Assembly (NCBI GenBank): GCA_033723415.1
Contig: JAWVXD010000001.1
Span: 192,001-256,000 of the forward strand
DNA length: 64,000 nucleotides
Reading direction: 5' to 3'
DNA from: Sulfurospirillaceae bacterium
GTDB lineage: Bacteria > Campylobacterota > Campylobacteria > Campylobacterales > Sulfurospirillaceae
The number at the start of each line of letters is the position of its first letter. Within the stretch, counting starts at the first letter, position 1. Made by a program: the position numbers and the translations under genes. Of the stretch, positions 1-10,163 are shown piece after piece. The notes under the pieces are model-generated. The model saw only the letters and a program-made list of their open reading frames with translations, made no database searches and was not told where the DNA came from.

Positions 1-1
1 T

Positions 2-85
2 ATAAAACTTATACAACTCTATAAGCTCTTAGATAAAAGTATAAATGCCTTGCTTTTTGCTGAGGTAGATTTTGATGGTGAGTGA
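2..85 (+). CDS. hobA: 3' end of HobA family DnaA-binding replication regulator (partial)
   Basis: Frame 2 reads IKLIQLYKLLDKSINALLFAEVDFDGE*, resembling the HobA C-terminus; hobA-holB-folP-ligA-tlyA-ribF-cmoA order matches C. jejuni. Confidence 0.65.
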   Translation: MKLIQLYKLLDKSINALLFAEVDFDGE

Positions 86-695
86 TGAGGAGCTAAGAAG
101 TCATATACTTATTTGCAAGAATATGCAAAAGGCATATGACTACTTAGAAGAGAAATATGTAAATGAATATCGTAAACTTTTTCTTAGAGAAGATTTTCTC
201 CTAGAAGATGCAAAAAGTGTAGCAAAAGAAGCGTATATAGCTGAAAAAGAAAAAAAATTGCTCATTTTAGGTGCTAAAAATTACAATATATATGCACAAA
301 ATTCTCTTCTTAAGATGTTAGAAGAGCCACCTAGAAATATAATTTTTATACTGGTGTGCGAAACAAAAAATGTTTTTTTGCCGACAATTCGTTCAAGACT
401 TCTTTCAAAGCAGTTAGACTTTAACGAAGATAAGGTAAAAGTCGATTTGGATCTAGCTAGGCTTGATTTAAAGATCATTTATAATTTTGTTCAAGAGAAT
501 TCACGAATCAGTAAAAATGAACTAAAATCACTGATGCAGGCAATCGTAGCTGACGCTATTATGAAATTCAACATACACTTTACCACAAAAGAGATGGAAC
601 ACTTTGAAAAATTATTTCAATTGAGCGAGATGAATGCAAGACCAAACAATATACTTGTCTCATTACTTTTAACAATTTACCTGAAAAAGAATTAA
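72..695 (+). CDS. holB: DNA polymerase III subunit delta'
   Basis: AQNSLLKMLEEPP and LPTIRSR clamp-loader motifs; short epsilon-type form; start may be ATG at 75. Confidence 0.85.
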   Translation: MMVSDEELRSHILICKNMQKAYDYLEEKYVNEYRKLFLREDFLLEDAKSVAKEAYIAEKEKKLLILGAKNYNIYAQNSLLKMLEEPPRNIIFILVCETKNVFLPTIRSRLLSKQLDFNEDKVKVDLDLARLDLKIIYNFVQENSRISKNELKSLMQAIVADAIMKFNIHFTTKEMEHFEKLFQLSEMNARPNNILVSLLLTIYLKKN

Positions 696-696
696 C

Positions 697-1839
697 ATGA
701 AACTACATAAAATCTCAAATGATGTTGACCTTGAAAAACTTTTTTATGATTTAGATGTGACAAAAGAAGGTGCAAAGATTTTGTTAAAAAAAGCAAATAT
801 CCATCTGATATACATAAAAAATCTAAGATCACCAGCAGCAAATATTTTAAAACAAGATGCACTATCTATAGGCGGTGACCTTGCAGTGCCTAAAAATAGC
901 GTAACGTGTAAAGATGAGTATGTTGATGCAGTTTTGATTGCAAATACAAATCAAATTCTTCAATTATCTAAAAAAGAAAAAATTCAGCCTTTTGGTTTAA
1001 AAGAACTAGCTGAAAAATTACCTGAATTTTTACAGAACAATAACCAAAAAACAGAGATTATGGGTGTTTTAAATGCAAATGATGATAGTTTTTATTCAAA
1101 TAGTAGATTTACACAAAAAGATGCTCATAGAAGAATAGAAGATATGATTAGTGAAGGTGCAGATATAATCGACATTGGCGGACTCTCAAGCAGGCCTGGC
1201 AGCATTCCTATAAGCGAAGAAGAAGAGTTATTACGGATAAAAGATATCATAGATATTATATATAAAAATCGATTTTTTGAAAAAGTAAAGTTTTCTCTTG
1301 ATAGCTACAGTCCAATTTGTTTAACCTATGCGATGGATCGTGGATTTACAATCATAAATGACATAACGGCATTAGAAAATGATGAGGTCGCTAAAATTGC
1401 TGCAAGCTATGAGGCAACTATCGTTTTGATGCATAAACTTGGTTCTACGGTCAACATGCAAAATAATCCACAATACGACAATGTGATTTTTGATGTAGAC
1501 GATTTTTTTACGCAAAGAATCAAAAAAGCAAAAGAGTTTGGTATAAATAAAATTGTTTTAGATGTTGGTATAGGTTTTGGGAAAAATCTAGATCACAATC
1601 TATCTCTTTTACAAAATCATGAGCATTTTTTACATTTTGGTTATCCTCTATTGATAGGGGCAAGTAGAAAATCTATGATTAACATGATAACAAACAGTAG
1701 GGAAGAAGATAGATTACCTGGAACGTTGGCTATACATTTAGAAGCTGTTAGGAAAGGTGCTTCTATGGTAAGAGTGCATGACGTAAAAGAACACTTCCAA
1801 GCATTAAGAGTCCAAAAAGCTATATTGAGAGCCAAATAA
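697..1839 (+). CDS. folP: Dihydropteroate synthase
   Basis: IMGVLNANDDSF, DIGGLSSRPG, DVGIGFGK, GASRKS, VRVHDV motifs; epsilon-type N-terminal extension. Confidence 0.95.
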   Translation: MKLHKISNDVDLEKLFYDLDVTKEGAKILLKKANIHLIYIKNLRSPAANILKQDALSIGGDLAVPKNSVTCKDEYVDAVLIANTNQILQLSKKEKIQPFGLKELAEKLPEFLQNNNQKTEIMGVLNANDDSFYSNSRFTQKDAHRRIEDMISEGADIIDIGGLSSRPGSIPISEEEELLRIKDIIDIIYKNRFFEKVKFSLDSYSPICLTYAMDRGFTIINDITALENDEVAKIAASYEATIVLMHKLGSTVNMQNNPQYDNVIFDVDDFFTQRIKKAKEFGINKIVLDVGIGFGKNLDHNLSLLQNHEHFLHFGYPLLIGASRKSMINMITNSREEDRLPGTLAIHLEAVRKGASMVRVHDVKEHFQALRVQKAILRAK

Positions 1840-2601
1840 GTGGAGTTTGAATTTTATTATTATGTGATATTTCTGGCTGCAGGATTTTTAGGAGGCTTTG
1901 TTGACTCAATTGCCGGTGGTGGCGGGATCATCACAGTTCCTGTCTTTTTAGCCGCAGGAATGCCTCCTCATATGGCCCTAGCTACAAATAAACTAGGAAG
2001 TTCTTTCGGAAGTTTTACGGCATCTATAAATTTCATACGAAAGGGATTAGTCTCATTTAAGGAAGTTTATCTAGGGGTGATATTTACTTTTATAGGGGCA
2101 GTTATCGGCGCAAAAACCATATTGTTAGTAGATGCTAGTATTTTAAATAAAATAATACCGGTTATGTTGGTTGCTATCTTTTTGTACACTCTTTTGAACC
2201 CAGCATTTGGTCATTTAGATAAAGCAAATAGGCTAAAAAAACCTGTTTTTTTTCTAATTTTTGGTATCTTGATCGGTTTTTATGATGGTTTTTTTGGACC
2301 TGGGACTGGAAATTTCTGGACAATAGCATTGGTCGGTTTAATGGGATTGAATCTAAAAAAAGCTACAGCAACGACAAAGATTATGAATTTTACAAGTAAT
2401 ATTGTTTCTTTGTACGTATTTATAATGAGTGCAAATGTTCTCTTCTTTGTCGGAATTTTGATGGGAATGGGACAGATTTTAGGAGCATTTGTAGGCTCAT
2501 CCATGGTTATAAAAAAAGAGATAACTTTTATAAGAACATTTTTTCTTTTTGTCGTTGGCGTGACAATCTTAAAATTAATTTACGATAGTTGGTTGAAATG
2601 A
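1840..2601 (+). CDS. TSUP (TauE/SafE, YfcA-like) membrane transporter
   Basis: GFVDSIAGGGG, ALATNK and GFYDGFFGPGTG motifs; hydrophobic helices. Confidence 0.85.
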   Translation: MEFEFYYYVIFLAAGFLGGFVDSIAGGGGIITVPVFLAAGMPPHMALATNKLGSSFGSFTASINFIRKGLVSFKEVYLGVIFTFIGAVIGAKTILLVDASILNKIIPVMLVAIFLYTLLNPAFGHLDKANRLKKPVFFLIFGILIGFYDGFFGPGTGNFWTIALVGLMGLNLKKATATTKIMNFTSNIVSLYVFIMSANVLFFVGILMGMGQILGAFVGSSMVIKKEITFIRTFFLFVVGVTILKLIYDSWLK

Positions 2602-4547
2602 ATGAAATAGAATATAAAAAAAATATAGATATATTGAACGCATGGGCTAGGGCATACTATGTAGAGGATGATCCTATTGCCAGTGATGAAGAATATGACA
2701 AGCTTTATCATGAAGTGCTTGAATTTGAGATAAATAACCCAGATAAAGTTGATGAAAATTCACCTACTAAGAGAGTTGGGGGCGTCGTTCAAGAAGGTTT
2801 TTCCAAGGCAAAGCATATTAAAAGAATGTGGAGTATGGAAGATGTATTTGATCTGGAAGAATTAAAGGCTTGGATTAAAAGAGTTGAAAAAACAAATACG
2901 AACTTTAGCTTTTATTGTGAACCGAAGTTTGACGGTGCAAGTTTAAATATTATATATGAAAACGGATATCTAAAACAAGCCATAACGAGAGGTGATGGAT
3001 TTATCGGTGAAGATGTAACTGAAAATATAAAAACTATAAGTTCTATCCCAATAGAGATAGAATATAAAGAATTGATTGAGATCAGAGGTGAGATCATAAT
3101 CAAAAAAAGTGACTTTGAAGCTTTAAATCAAGACAGACTAAATAAAAACGAGCCTTTGTTTGCAAATCCAAGAAATGCTGCAGCAGGTAGTCTAAGACAA
3201 CTTGACACAAAAGTTACTGCAAGCAGAAGATTGATGTTTTATCCTTGGGGCGTAGGTGAAAATAGCTTAGCTTTTTCATCCCTCAGTGAAAAAATAGAAT
3301 TTATATATAAATTAGGATTTGCAAGACCACCTAAGACAATAGTCAGTAAGTCGATTGAAGATGTAATTAGTTTATATGATGAATTGGTAGCATCGCGCGA
3401 TAAAATTCCTATGATGATGGATGGAATGGTAGTTAAGATTGATGAAGTGACATTGCAAGAACAATTAGGCTACACGGTAAAATATCCAAGATGGATGGTT
3501 GCTTTCAAGTTCCCGGCGGTAGAAAAAGTAACAAAGATACTTGATGTCATAGTTCAGGTAGGAAGAACAGGTGTACTTACTCCGGTTGCAGTTTTGTCTC
3601 CTGTAAATATTGAAGGTGCTGTGATTGAACGTGCTACTTTGCACAATTTTGATGAAATTCAAAGAAAAGATATAAAGATAAATGATTTTGTTATCATAAT
3701 AAGAAGTGGAGACGTTATACCTAAAGTAACAAAAGTTTTAATAGATAGAAGAGATGGAACGCAACAGGACATAGCAAGACCGACAAATTGTCCTATATGT
3801 GGCAGTGAAGTCTTGGATGAGGGTATTCTGATCAAATGCCAAAATCTATCGTGCGATGCAAGAGTAGTAAATTCTATCATACATTTTGCATCAAAAAAGT
3901 GCATGAATATTGATGGATTAGGAAATAAAATAGTAGAACTTTTGTATGAAAAAGAACTTTTGAAGAGTGTTGAAGATCTATATGAATTAAAAGCGGATGA
4001 TCTTTTGGAGTTAGAAGGATTCAAGGAAAAAAAAGTTGAAAATCTTATAAATTCAATTGAAAACTCTAAAAATGTTGAGTTGCATAGATTTATAAATTCT
4101 TTGGGAATAGAACATATTGGAGAAGTGGCTGCAAGAAAAATAGCAGAAAGTTTTGCACAAAGATGGATTGATGTAAGCTTTGATGAAATAGTTTCACTTG
4201 AAGGCTTTGGTGAAGAGATGGCAAAAAGCTTGATAGATTTTATTGTTGTAAATAAAAGTAAAATAATTAAACTATCAAATGTATTAAATATATTAAATCC
4301 GATTATATCAGAAAAAATAGATTCAATATTTACATCTAAAACAGTTGTTATTACAGGGAGTATGTCAAAACCAAGAGAGGAAATCAAAGAAATATTGGTA
4401 AAACATGGAGCAAAAGTTACAAATAGTGTATCCAAAAAAACCGACTTTGTGATTTATGGCAAAGATGCCGGAAGTAAATATGATAAAGCACTATCTTTAG
4501 GCGTTAAAACTATGAGTGAAGAGGAGATGCTAAGTGAGATTGGATAA
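2598..4547 (+). CDS. ligA: NAD-dependent DNA ligase
   Basis: EPKFDG adenylation motif, NPRNAAAGSLRQLD, Zn finger, HhH, BRCT; ATG at 2598 overlaps the upstream TGA. Confidence 0.97.
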   Translation: MNEIEYKKNIDILNAWARAYYVEDDPIASDEEYDKLYHEVLEFEINNPDKVDENSPTKRVGGVVQEGFSKAKHIKRMWSMEDVFDLEELKAWIKRVEKTNTNFSFYCEPKFDGASLNIIYENGYLKQAITRGDGFIGEDVTENIKTISSIPIEIEYKELIEIRGEIIIKKSDFEALNQDRLNKNEPLFANPRNAAAGSLRQLDTKVTASRRLMFYPWGVGENSLAFSSLSEKIEFIYKLGFARPPKTIVSKSIEDVISLYDELVASRDKIPMMMDGMVVKIDEVTLQEQLGYTVKYPRWMVAFKFPAVEKVTKILDVIVQVGRTGVLTPVAVLSPVNIEGAVIERATLHNFDEIQRKDIKINDFVIIIRSGDVIPKVTKVLIDRRDGTQQDIARPTNCPICGSEVLDEGILIKCQNLSCDARVVNSIIHFASKKCMNIDGLGNKIVELLYEKELLKSVEDLYELKADDLLELEGFKEKKVENLINSIENSKNVELHRFINSLGIEHIGEVAARKIAESFAQRWIDVSFDEIVSLEGFGEEMAKSLIDFIVVNKSKIIKLSNVLNILNPIISEKIDSIFTSKTVVITGSMSKPREEIKEILVKHGAKVTNSVSKKTDFVIYGKDAGSKYDKALSLGVKTMSEEEMLSEIG

Positions 4548-5244
4548 TTATTTGCATCTTGAAGGATTTGCTCAAAGTAGAAATAAGGCACAAGAGTTGA
4601 TAAAGCAGCAGGAAGTCTTAGTCGATGGTGAAATTGTCTCTAAATCTAGTTTTGAAGTAGACAAAACAAATAACATAAGTATTTTGAATTCAAAACAGTA
4701 CGTTAGCAGAGCAGGGTTTAAGCTAAAGACTTATCTTCAGACACAAAATATAATCTGTGTGAATGGGAAAAATTGTCTAGATATAGGAAGCAGCACCGGT
4801 GGTTTTACACAAGTCTTACTTGAAGAGAGTGCAAAAAAAGTAGTGGCAGTTGATGTAGGTAGTGAACAACTTCACTTAAGTTTGAGAAGTACGACAAATT
4901 TAGAAATATTTGAACAAACTGACATCAGAGATTTTAACTATAATGAAAAATTTGATATTATAACCTGTGATGTATCTTTTATCGGGGTTGAACATATCAT
5001 TGAACATATTGATAGATTGGCAAAAGAGTATATATTGATCTTATTCAAGCCACAATTTGAAGTTGGAAATACTGTAAAGAGAGATAAGAAAGGTGTAGTA
5101 AAGGATAGTTTTGCGATTAATAAAGCAAAAGAGAGATTTGTTGCAAACTGTGTACAACTATGGGATTTGATTGATAACAAAGATTCAAAAATAAAAGGAA
5201 AAGAGGGAAGTGTTGAAACATTCTACTGCTTTAAAAAAAGATGA
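4534..5244 (+). CDS. tlyA: TlyA family rRNA 2'-O-methyltransferase
   Basis: N-terminal S4 domain (MRLD..SR), YVSRAGFKL, DIGSSTGGFT, DVSFI, KPQFE. Confidence 0.93.
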   Translation: MRLDNYLHLEGFAQSRNKAQELIKQQEVLVDGEIVSKSSFEVDKTNNISILNSKQYVSRAGFKLKTYLQTQNIICVNGKNCLDIGSSTGGFTQVLLEESAKKVVAVDVGSEQLHLSLRSTTNLEIFEQTDIRDFNYNEKFDIITCDVSFIGVEHIIEHIDRLAKEYILILFKPQFEVGNTVKRDKKGVVKDSFAINKAKERFVANCVQLWDLIDNKDSKIKGKEGSVETFYCFKKR

Positions 5245-6064
5245 AATAGACTCTATTGCAATCGGAACATTTGATGGTTTGCATTTAGGTCATCAACAAT
5301 TAATAAAAAAACTGACTCCAAAAGGAGCCTTATTTATAATTGATAAAGAAAAAGCAAATCTCACTCCAGGTGAAAAAAGAAGTGAATATACAAAATTCCC
5401 TTGTTTTTATTATAAGTTTGATCAAATAAAAAACTTTGATTGCAATGGATTTACATCGTTTTTAAAAAAAGAATTTCCTAATCTAAAGAATATCATCATA
5501 GGATATGATTTTAAATTCGGTGCAGCCAGATCATGTGACATATATGATTTAAAAAATCTTTTCAGCGGTCAGATTACTATTGTTGATGAATTTTTTCTAG
5601 ATGGAATTTCAGTTCATTCTTCTAAGGTTAGAGAATTTATACAAAATGGAGAAATAAAAAAAGCAAATAAATTAGTCGGACGTGAATATTGTATTAGTGG
5701 AAAGCATATCAGAGGACAAGGGCTCGGTAAAAAAGAGCTTGTTCCAACTATAAATTTGGAAGTAGGAAAATATATCTTACCAAAAAATGGAGTATATGCT
5801 ACATTTACAAAAATAGACAATCATATTTATCCGTCTGTCACATTTATAGGAGTGAGAGAAAGTTCTGATGGTAAGTTCTCTCTCGAAACACATATTATCG
5901 GTCAAGAGATAGAAGTCTCAAAAGTTGAAACAATAGATGTTTGCTTTATAGACTTTATAAGAGAGAATAGGAAATTTGATTCTTTTACTGAGTTGAAGTT
6001 ACAAATTTTTAAAGATATTAAGAGCGCAAAAAAAATTGTTGATGAGAATAAAATTGATGGATAA
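5210..6064 (+). CDS. ribF: Bifunctional riboflavin kinase/FAD synthetase
   Basis: GTFDGLHLGH, GYDFKFG, PTIN, GVY, ETH and FIRENRKF motifs. Confidence 0.93.
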   Translation: MLKHSTALKKDEIDSIAIGTFDGLHLGHQQLIKKLTPKGALFIIDKEKANLTPGEKRSEYTKFPCFYYKFDQIKNFDCNGFTSFLKKEFPNLKNIIIGYDFKFGAARSCDIYDLKNLFSGQITIVDEFFLDGISVHSSKVREFIQNGEIKKANKLVGREYCISGKHIRGQGLGKKELVPTINLEVGKYILPKNGVYATFTKIDNHIYPSVTFIGVRESSDGKFSLETHIIGQEIEVSKVETIDVCFIDFIRENRKFDSFTELKLQIFKDIKSAKKIVDENKIDG

Positions 6065-6761
6065 GATCTTTATGCAACCAATTGAAAAGCAGTTTGAATT
6101 TGATGAAAATGTTGCTAGTGTTTTTGATGATATGTTAGAGAGATCTATTCCTTTTTATAAAGACGTAATATCTCTTATATGCAGTGTTGTTATCTCCTCT
6201 GCAAAAGAGAATTCAAGAGTATTGGATCTTGGTTGTTCTACGGCCAATACCCTTTTATCCATTTACAAGAAAAGTAATAAAAAACTTGATTTGATCGGAT
6301 TTGATAATTCTGAAGCTATGCTTCATCAAGCCAAAAATAAGATAAAAGCATATGGTGCGAATATCGACTTAAAATTAGTTGATATTTTAGAAGCAGAATT
6401 GCCAAAAAGCGATGTGGTCATAGCAAACTATATGCTACAATTCATTAGACCTATAAGTAGATCTCCTTTTTTAAAAACAATATATAATGCGATCAATGAC
6501 GATGGAATCTTCATATTTAGTGAAAAAATTGTATATGAAGATAAAAAATTTAACAAAGATATTATTGATATTTATTACGAATTTAAAAAAACACAAGGTT
6601 ACAGTGAATTTGAAATTTCACAAAAAAGAGAAGCTTTGGAAAATATCTTGATCCCATATACTGAAGATGAAAACAAAACGATGATCCTGGAAGTAGGTTT
6701 TAAAAAGGTTGAGACAATTTTCAAATGGGGAAACTTTGTAACTTTTGTGGCTTTAAAATAA
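6057..6761 (+). CDS. cmoA: Carboxy-S-adenosyl-L-methionine synthase
   Basis: FEFDENVASVFDDMLERSIPFY, DLGCS, GYSEFEISQKREALEN; start uncertain (6042 or 6057). Confidence 0.92.
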   Translation: MDKIFMQPIEKQFEFDENVASVFDDMLERSIPFYKDVISLICSVVISSAKENSRVLDLGCSTANTLLSIYKKSNKKLDLIGFDNSEAMLHQAKNKIKAYGANIDLKLVDILEAELPKSDVVIANYMLQFIRPISRSPFLKTIYNAINDDGIFIFSEKIVYEDKKFNKDIIDIYYEFKKTQGYSEFEISQKREALENILIPYTEDENKTMILEVGFKKVETIFKWGNFVTFVALK

Positions 6762-6774
6762 TCGTAAAGATTTT

Positions 6775-8433
6775 CTAGACTTCTTGGAAGTTATTACTTA
6801 CATATTCTAATTCATATATATTTTCTGCTATATACTCTATGTCGTCTATTGCTTGGGTTGATGCTGCGAACAATATCTTGTCATCAAGTTTAATTTGCAT
6901 ATTTTCATCAGGTAGTAGATAGAATTTATCTTTTCTCTGAAGTAGCAGTATCATTACGTTATTTTTTAGATTTCTGTTATCTCTTCTCTTTAAAAAATTT
7001 CCTATAACTATAGTTTTATTCTCATTTAGTGCGATTGTTACGGCATATGCCTTATTGGTATTGATAAATAATTCATAAATTTGTGGATTCTCTCCTATAT
7101 TATCTAGTAGGTCCCATATAAGATTAGCTCCAAAATCTTCATTTTGTTCCTTGAGAAGATTTAAGAATTTGTCTGACATTGGATTAATAAGAGCATTAAC
7201 TGTTTTATGGATAAGGATTTTTGATAGCATGTAGACATAGTCTATTTTGGAATACTGAAAGATAGAATAGTTCTCTAATTCATTTTCTCTAGCAATTGTT
7301 ATAATATTTTTATTTAATTTTTTTGCTGTTGACAATAAAGATAAATTGGTCGTATCATCATCGGTACCTGCAATTATGACTGCAGCATCTTGTATACCTT
7401 GACTTTTGAGCAAATCTTTGTCATCTGCATCAGCTATTACGACACCTTTTGTTTTCAAATTTTGTAGCTGTTTTTCATCTATCTCTATAAAAGTTGCTTC
7501 AATGTTGTTGTCTTCTAATATCCTATATATCTCCTTACCCATTCTTCCATATCCGCAAACTATATATTTTCCTCGTGGTAATTTGATAGTGCTATTTGAT
7601 AGAACATCTATATTATAGACCCATTTTTCTATCTGATAAATGGATGGAGAATTAAGACTCAAATTTATATGATTTGATATTATGCTAAAAGGATTTTCTA
7701 CTATTTCAACTCCAACATCCAATAGATTTTCTGTTAAATTGTCAGTGGTAGATTTAATTGCCAACGGAACATTTGGATTGGTCAGTTTACTGGTTATAGC
7801 TATTCTAAGATTTAAGTTGTCATCTTCAAACAAAGATACTAGTCCTTTGCAGTATTTTGATTTAATACCTGATATTTCTAAAGCGATCGGATCATATATA
7901 TCTGCTTGAATTACAGGAATAATAGGAGTGTTCCCTTCTAGTAACAATTCATTTACACGTTCTTCCTCTTTTTCTATAACTACAACTCTAAAGCCTTTTT
8001 TCATGGATTTTTCAATAATTTTTTTGGTTGTGCTGTTAAAACCTAGAATAATAAAAAAGTCCTCTTTTAAATTTTTTATTTGTTTTTTAAATTTTGCACG
8101 TGATAGTTCTTTTAGTAATACTTTATCTTGAACTAGGGATATAATAGTACCAATGCTGTAAAACCAGCCGATAACCGTAAGATAGATTAACATAGATACC
8201 CAGATTCTTTGTGGGTATGTAAAGGTGTAAGGAGTTTCTCCAAAACCTATTGTGGTAGCTGTGTAAGTAACAAAATAAAAAGCATCAAAAATACTCATAT
8301 GATAAGGCTCACCGCTACTTGTTACTCCGCTTATAGAGACAAGACCCACTATTGAGATAGTGTAAGCTATAATAAGTACGATAAAGGGTATTCTCATCTT
8401 TTGTAAGATGAGAAACAAAGAACTGTTTTTCAT
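6775..8433 (-). CDS. Potassium channel family protein with two TrkA-N/RCK domains
   Basis: Two TM helices around a TATTIGFGE pore motif; Rossmann motifs ILGF and VCGYGRMG. Confidence 0.85.
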   Translation of the reverse strand: MKNSSLFLILQKMRIPFIVLIIAYTISIVGLVSISGVTSSGEPYHMSIFDAFYFVTYTATTIGFGETPYTFTYPQRIWVSMLIYLTVIGWFYSIGTIISLVQDKVLLKELSRAKFKKQIKNLKEDFFIILGFNSTTKKIIEKSMKKGFRVVVIEKEEERVNELLLEGNTPIIPVIQADIYDPIALEISGIKSKYCKGLVSLFEDDNLNLRIAITSKLTNPNVPLAIKSTTDNLTENLLDVGVEIVENPFSIISNHINLSLNSPSIYQIEKWVYNIDVLSNSTIKLPRGKYIVCGYGRMGKEIYRILEDNNIEATFIEIDEKQLQNLKTKGVVIADADDKDLLKSQGIQDAAVIIAGTDDDTTNLSLLSTAKKLNKNIITIARENELENYSIFQYSKIDYVYMLSKILIHKTVNALINPMSDKFLNLLKEQNEDFGANLIWDLLDNIGENPQIYELFINTNKAYAVTIALNENKTIVIGNFLKRRDNRNLKNNVMILLLQRKDKFYLLPDENMQIKLDDKILFAASTQAIDDIEYIAENIYELEYVSNNFQEV

Positions 8434-8449
8434 TCTAAATCCCTATCAT

Positions 8450-8827
8450 CTATCTTTTAGATTTAACGGTATCACCTACATATAATATAACAGAAGTGAT
8501 ATTTGCTAGTAAGGCACCTCCTGATAGAGAAACAATTATAACCACAATACTTGGATTCATAGAGCTTGTATAAGCTGCTATGGTCCAAATGGTAGCAGCA
8601 GCAATTAATTGAATATCTGCTACTAACGATGTAGCAAGCAATACAGAGCCCATCTGTGTTCTATCACCGAGCTTTAATATTGTTGCTATCAGGTTAATCA
8701 CAATTGCTGCTAAGAGTTCATATTTGTCATGTTGCTCAATTAGCCCGATGTCTCCATAAAAAAAGCCAAAATTTAATGTCATGGCAAGTATTATAAAAAA
8801 ACCTGCTCTTACTTTTTCTAAATTCAT
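8450..8827 (-). CDS. Small four-helix membrane protein (DUF6394-like)
   Basis: LAMTLNFGFFYG, INLIATILKLGD and LATSLVADIQLI motifs; directly upstream of the K+ channel. Confidence 0.65.
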   Translation of the reverse strand: MNLEKVRAGFFIILAMTLNFGFFYGDIGLIEQHDKYELLAAIVINLIATILKLGDRTQMGSVLLATSLVADIQLIAAATIWTIAAYTSSMNPSIVVIIVSLSGGALLANITSVILYVGDTVKSKR

Positions 8828-8873
8828 ATTCTATCCTTACGTTTACATAGGATTTGGTTGCAAAATTGTTTTT

Positions 8874-9122
8874 TTACTTAAATAGCCTCGGATGTGATTT
8901 TTTAATATGTTCGATGATCGTAATTATCTCTTCTATACCCATTTCTCCGTCATCATCATCTTTGAAAACTTCATCTATAGCATTTACATACGCATCTACT
9001 GCTTCTTCCAATTTATCTTTTTTTACACCGGCAAAGTATAATGCAACATGTAACATATCTGTCAGTTGCATCGCCAATTCTTCAATTTCCAGTTCTATCT
9101 CGTTAATTTCATTGTCTAACAT
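8874..9122 (-). CDS. Acidic hypothetical protein
   Basis: 82-aa ORF with GGAGG SD; overlaps the end of the DHH gene. Confidence 0.7.
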   Translation of the reverse strand: MLDNEINEIELEIEELAMQLTDMLHVALYFAGVKKDKLEEAVDAYVNAIDEVFKDDDDGEMGIEEIITIIEHIKKSHPRLFK

Positions 9123-10155
9123 TTTTCCCTCCTGTTTTTTTTGCCATTAAGTTTATAATCTGGTTTTTTATATCTTCATATATAAAACCATCTTTAAAAC
9201 TTCCCATCAAACCTCCACTTGCATTTGGATGACCACCGCCATTAGCTATCTTTGCAGCTACTTTACTTACGTCTATTTTGCCGTTTGCTCTAAAACTTAC
9301 AGTCTTTCTTGATGTTACATCCATAAAAAAATCGAAATTTGGATTTTCTTTGAGAAAATCATTCCCGATAACGGATACATTTCCTATATTATATGTTAAG
9401 ATCCCAAGATATCCATCATATTCTATTTTCATGGATTCTTGATTTTCACTTAACATTTTAACATTATATTTGGAGATTAAATTACTTAGAGTGTCATCTT
9501 GATCAAAAGTCAGTATCTCTTTTTTGATTTTATGCATATTATTATCAAGTGCGATGTGTGGATCCTTATAATCAAAATATGGCTGTATTCTTGTTAATAG
9601 ATCAAACATATACTGACTGTTTTCTTTTGGAAACATAATTCTATTGATCTCTTTAGCTCCACTAACCAAGCCTAAACAAACTTTTCCTAACTCAAATTCC
9701 TCTTTGTCTTCAAGCCAGATATCAACTGCATTGACAACATCAACAAATTTTGATAATTTTTTATCTTCTCCATAGATTGATGAAAAAAAATCATAAGTTA
9801 TCTTGGTCGCACATCTAGCATCATCTAAATAATACCATTCAAACTCTTGGGCGCAATTTTCTCCAGATTTGTGGTGGTCCAACAAAAGAATCATAATATT
9901 TTTATTTGTATTCATGATCTTAGAATCAAATTCTTTAGCTTGTTCCGGTGTTAAATTTAAATCAGTTATTAATATAATATTTTTTTCAAATCCATCATTT
10001 TGAATATCGTTAAATATTTCGTTAAATCTCTCATTTATCTCTTTACCATAATTTGAGTTATAAAATTTTATAGACTCAAAGTATTTGTTTGTGACCATTT
10101 GACATCCATATCCGTCTAGGTCTGTGTGAGACAAATGATATAGCTTATAATCCAT
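9109..10155 (-). CDS. DHH family phosphoesterase (nanoRNase NrnB-like)
   Basis: HTDLDG, ITDL, LDHH and GGGHPNASG motifs. Confidence 0.88.
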   Translation of the reverse strand: MDYKLYHLSHTDLDGYGCQMVTNKYFESIKFYNSNYGKEINERFNEIFNDIQNDGFEKNIILITDLNLTPEQAKEFDSKIMNTNKNIMILLLDHHKSGENCAQEFEWYYLDDARCATKITYDFFSSIYGEDKKLSKFVDVVNAVDIWLEDKEEFELGKVCLGLVSGAKEINRIMFPKENSQYMFDLLTRIQPYFDYKDPHIALDNNMHKIKKEILTFDQDDTLSNLISKYNVKMLSENQESMKIEYDGYLGILTYNIGNVSVIGNDFLKENPNFDFFMDVTSRKTVSFRANGKIDVSKVAAKIANGGGHPNASGGLMGSFKDGFIYEDIKNQIINLMAKKTGGKNVRQ

Positions 10156-10163
10156 GTAATTCC

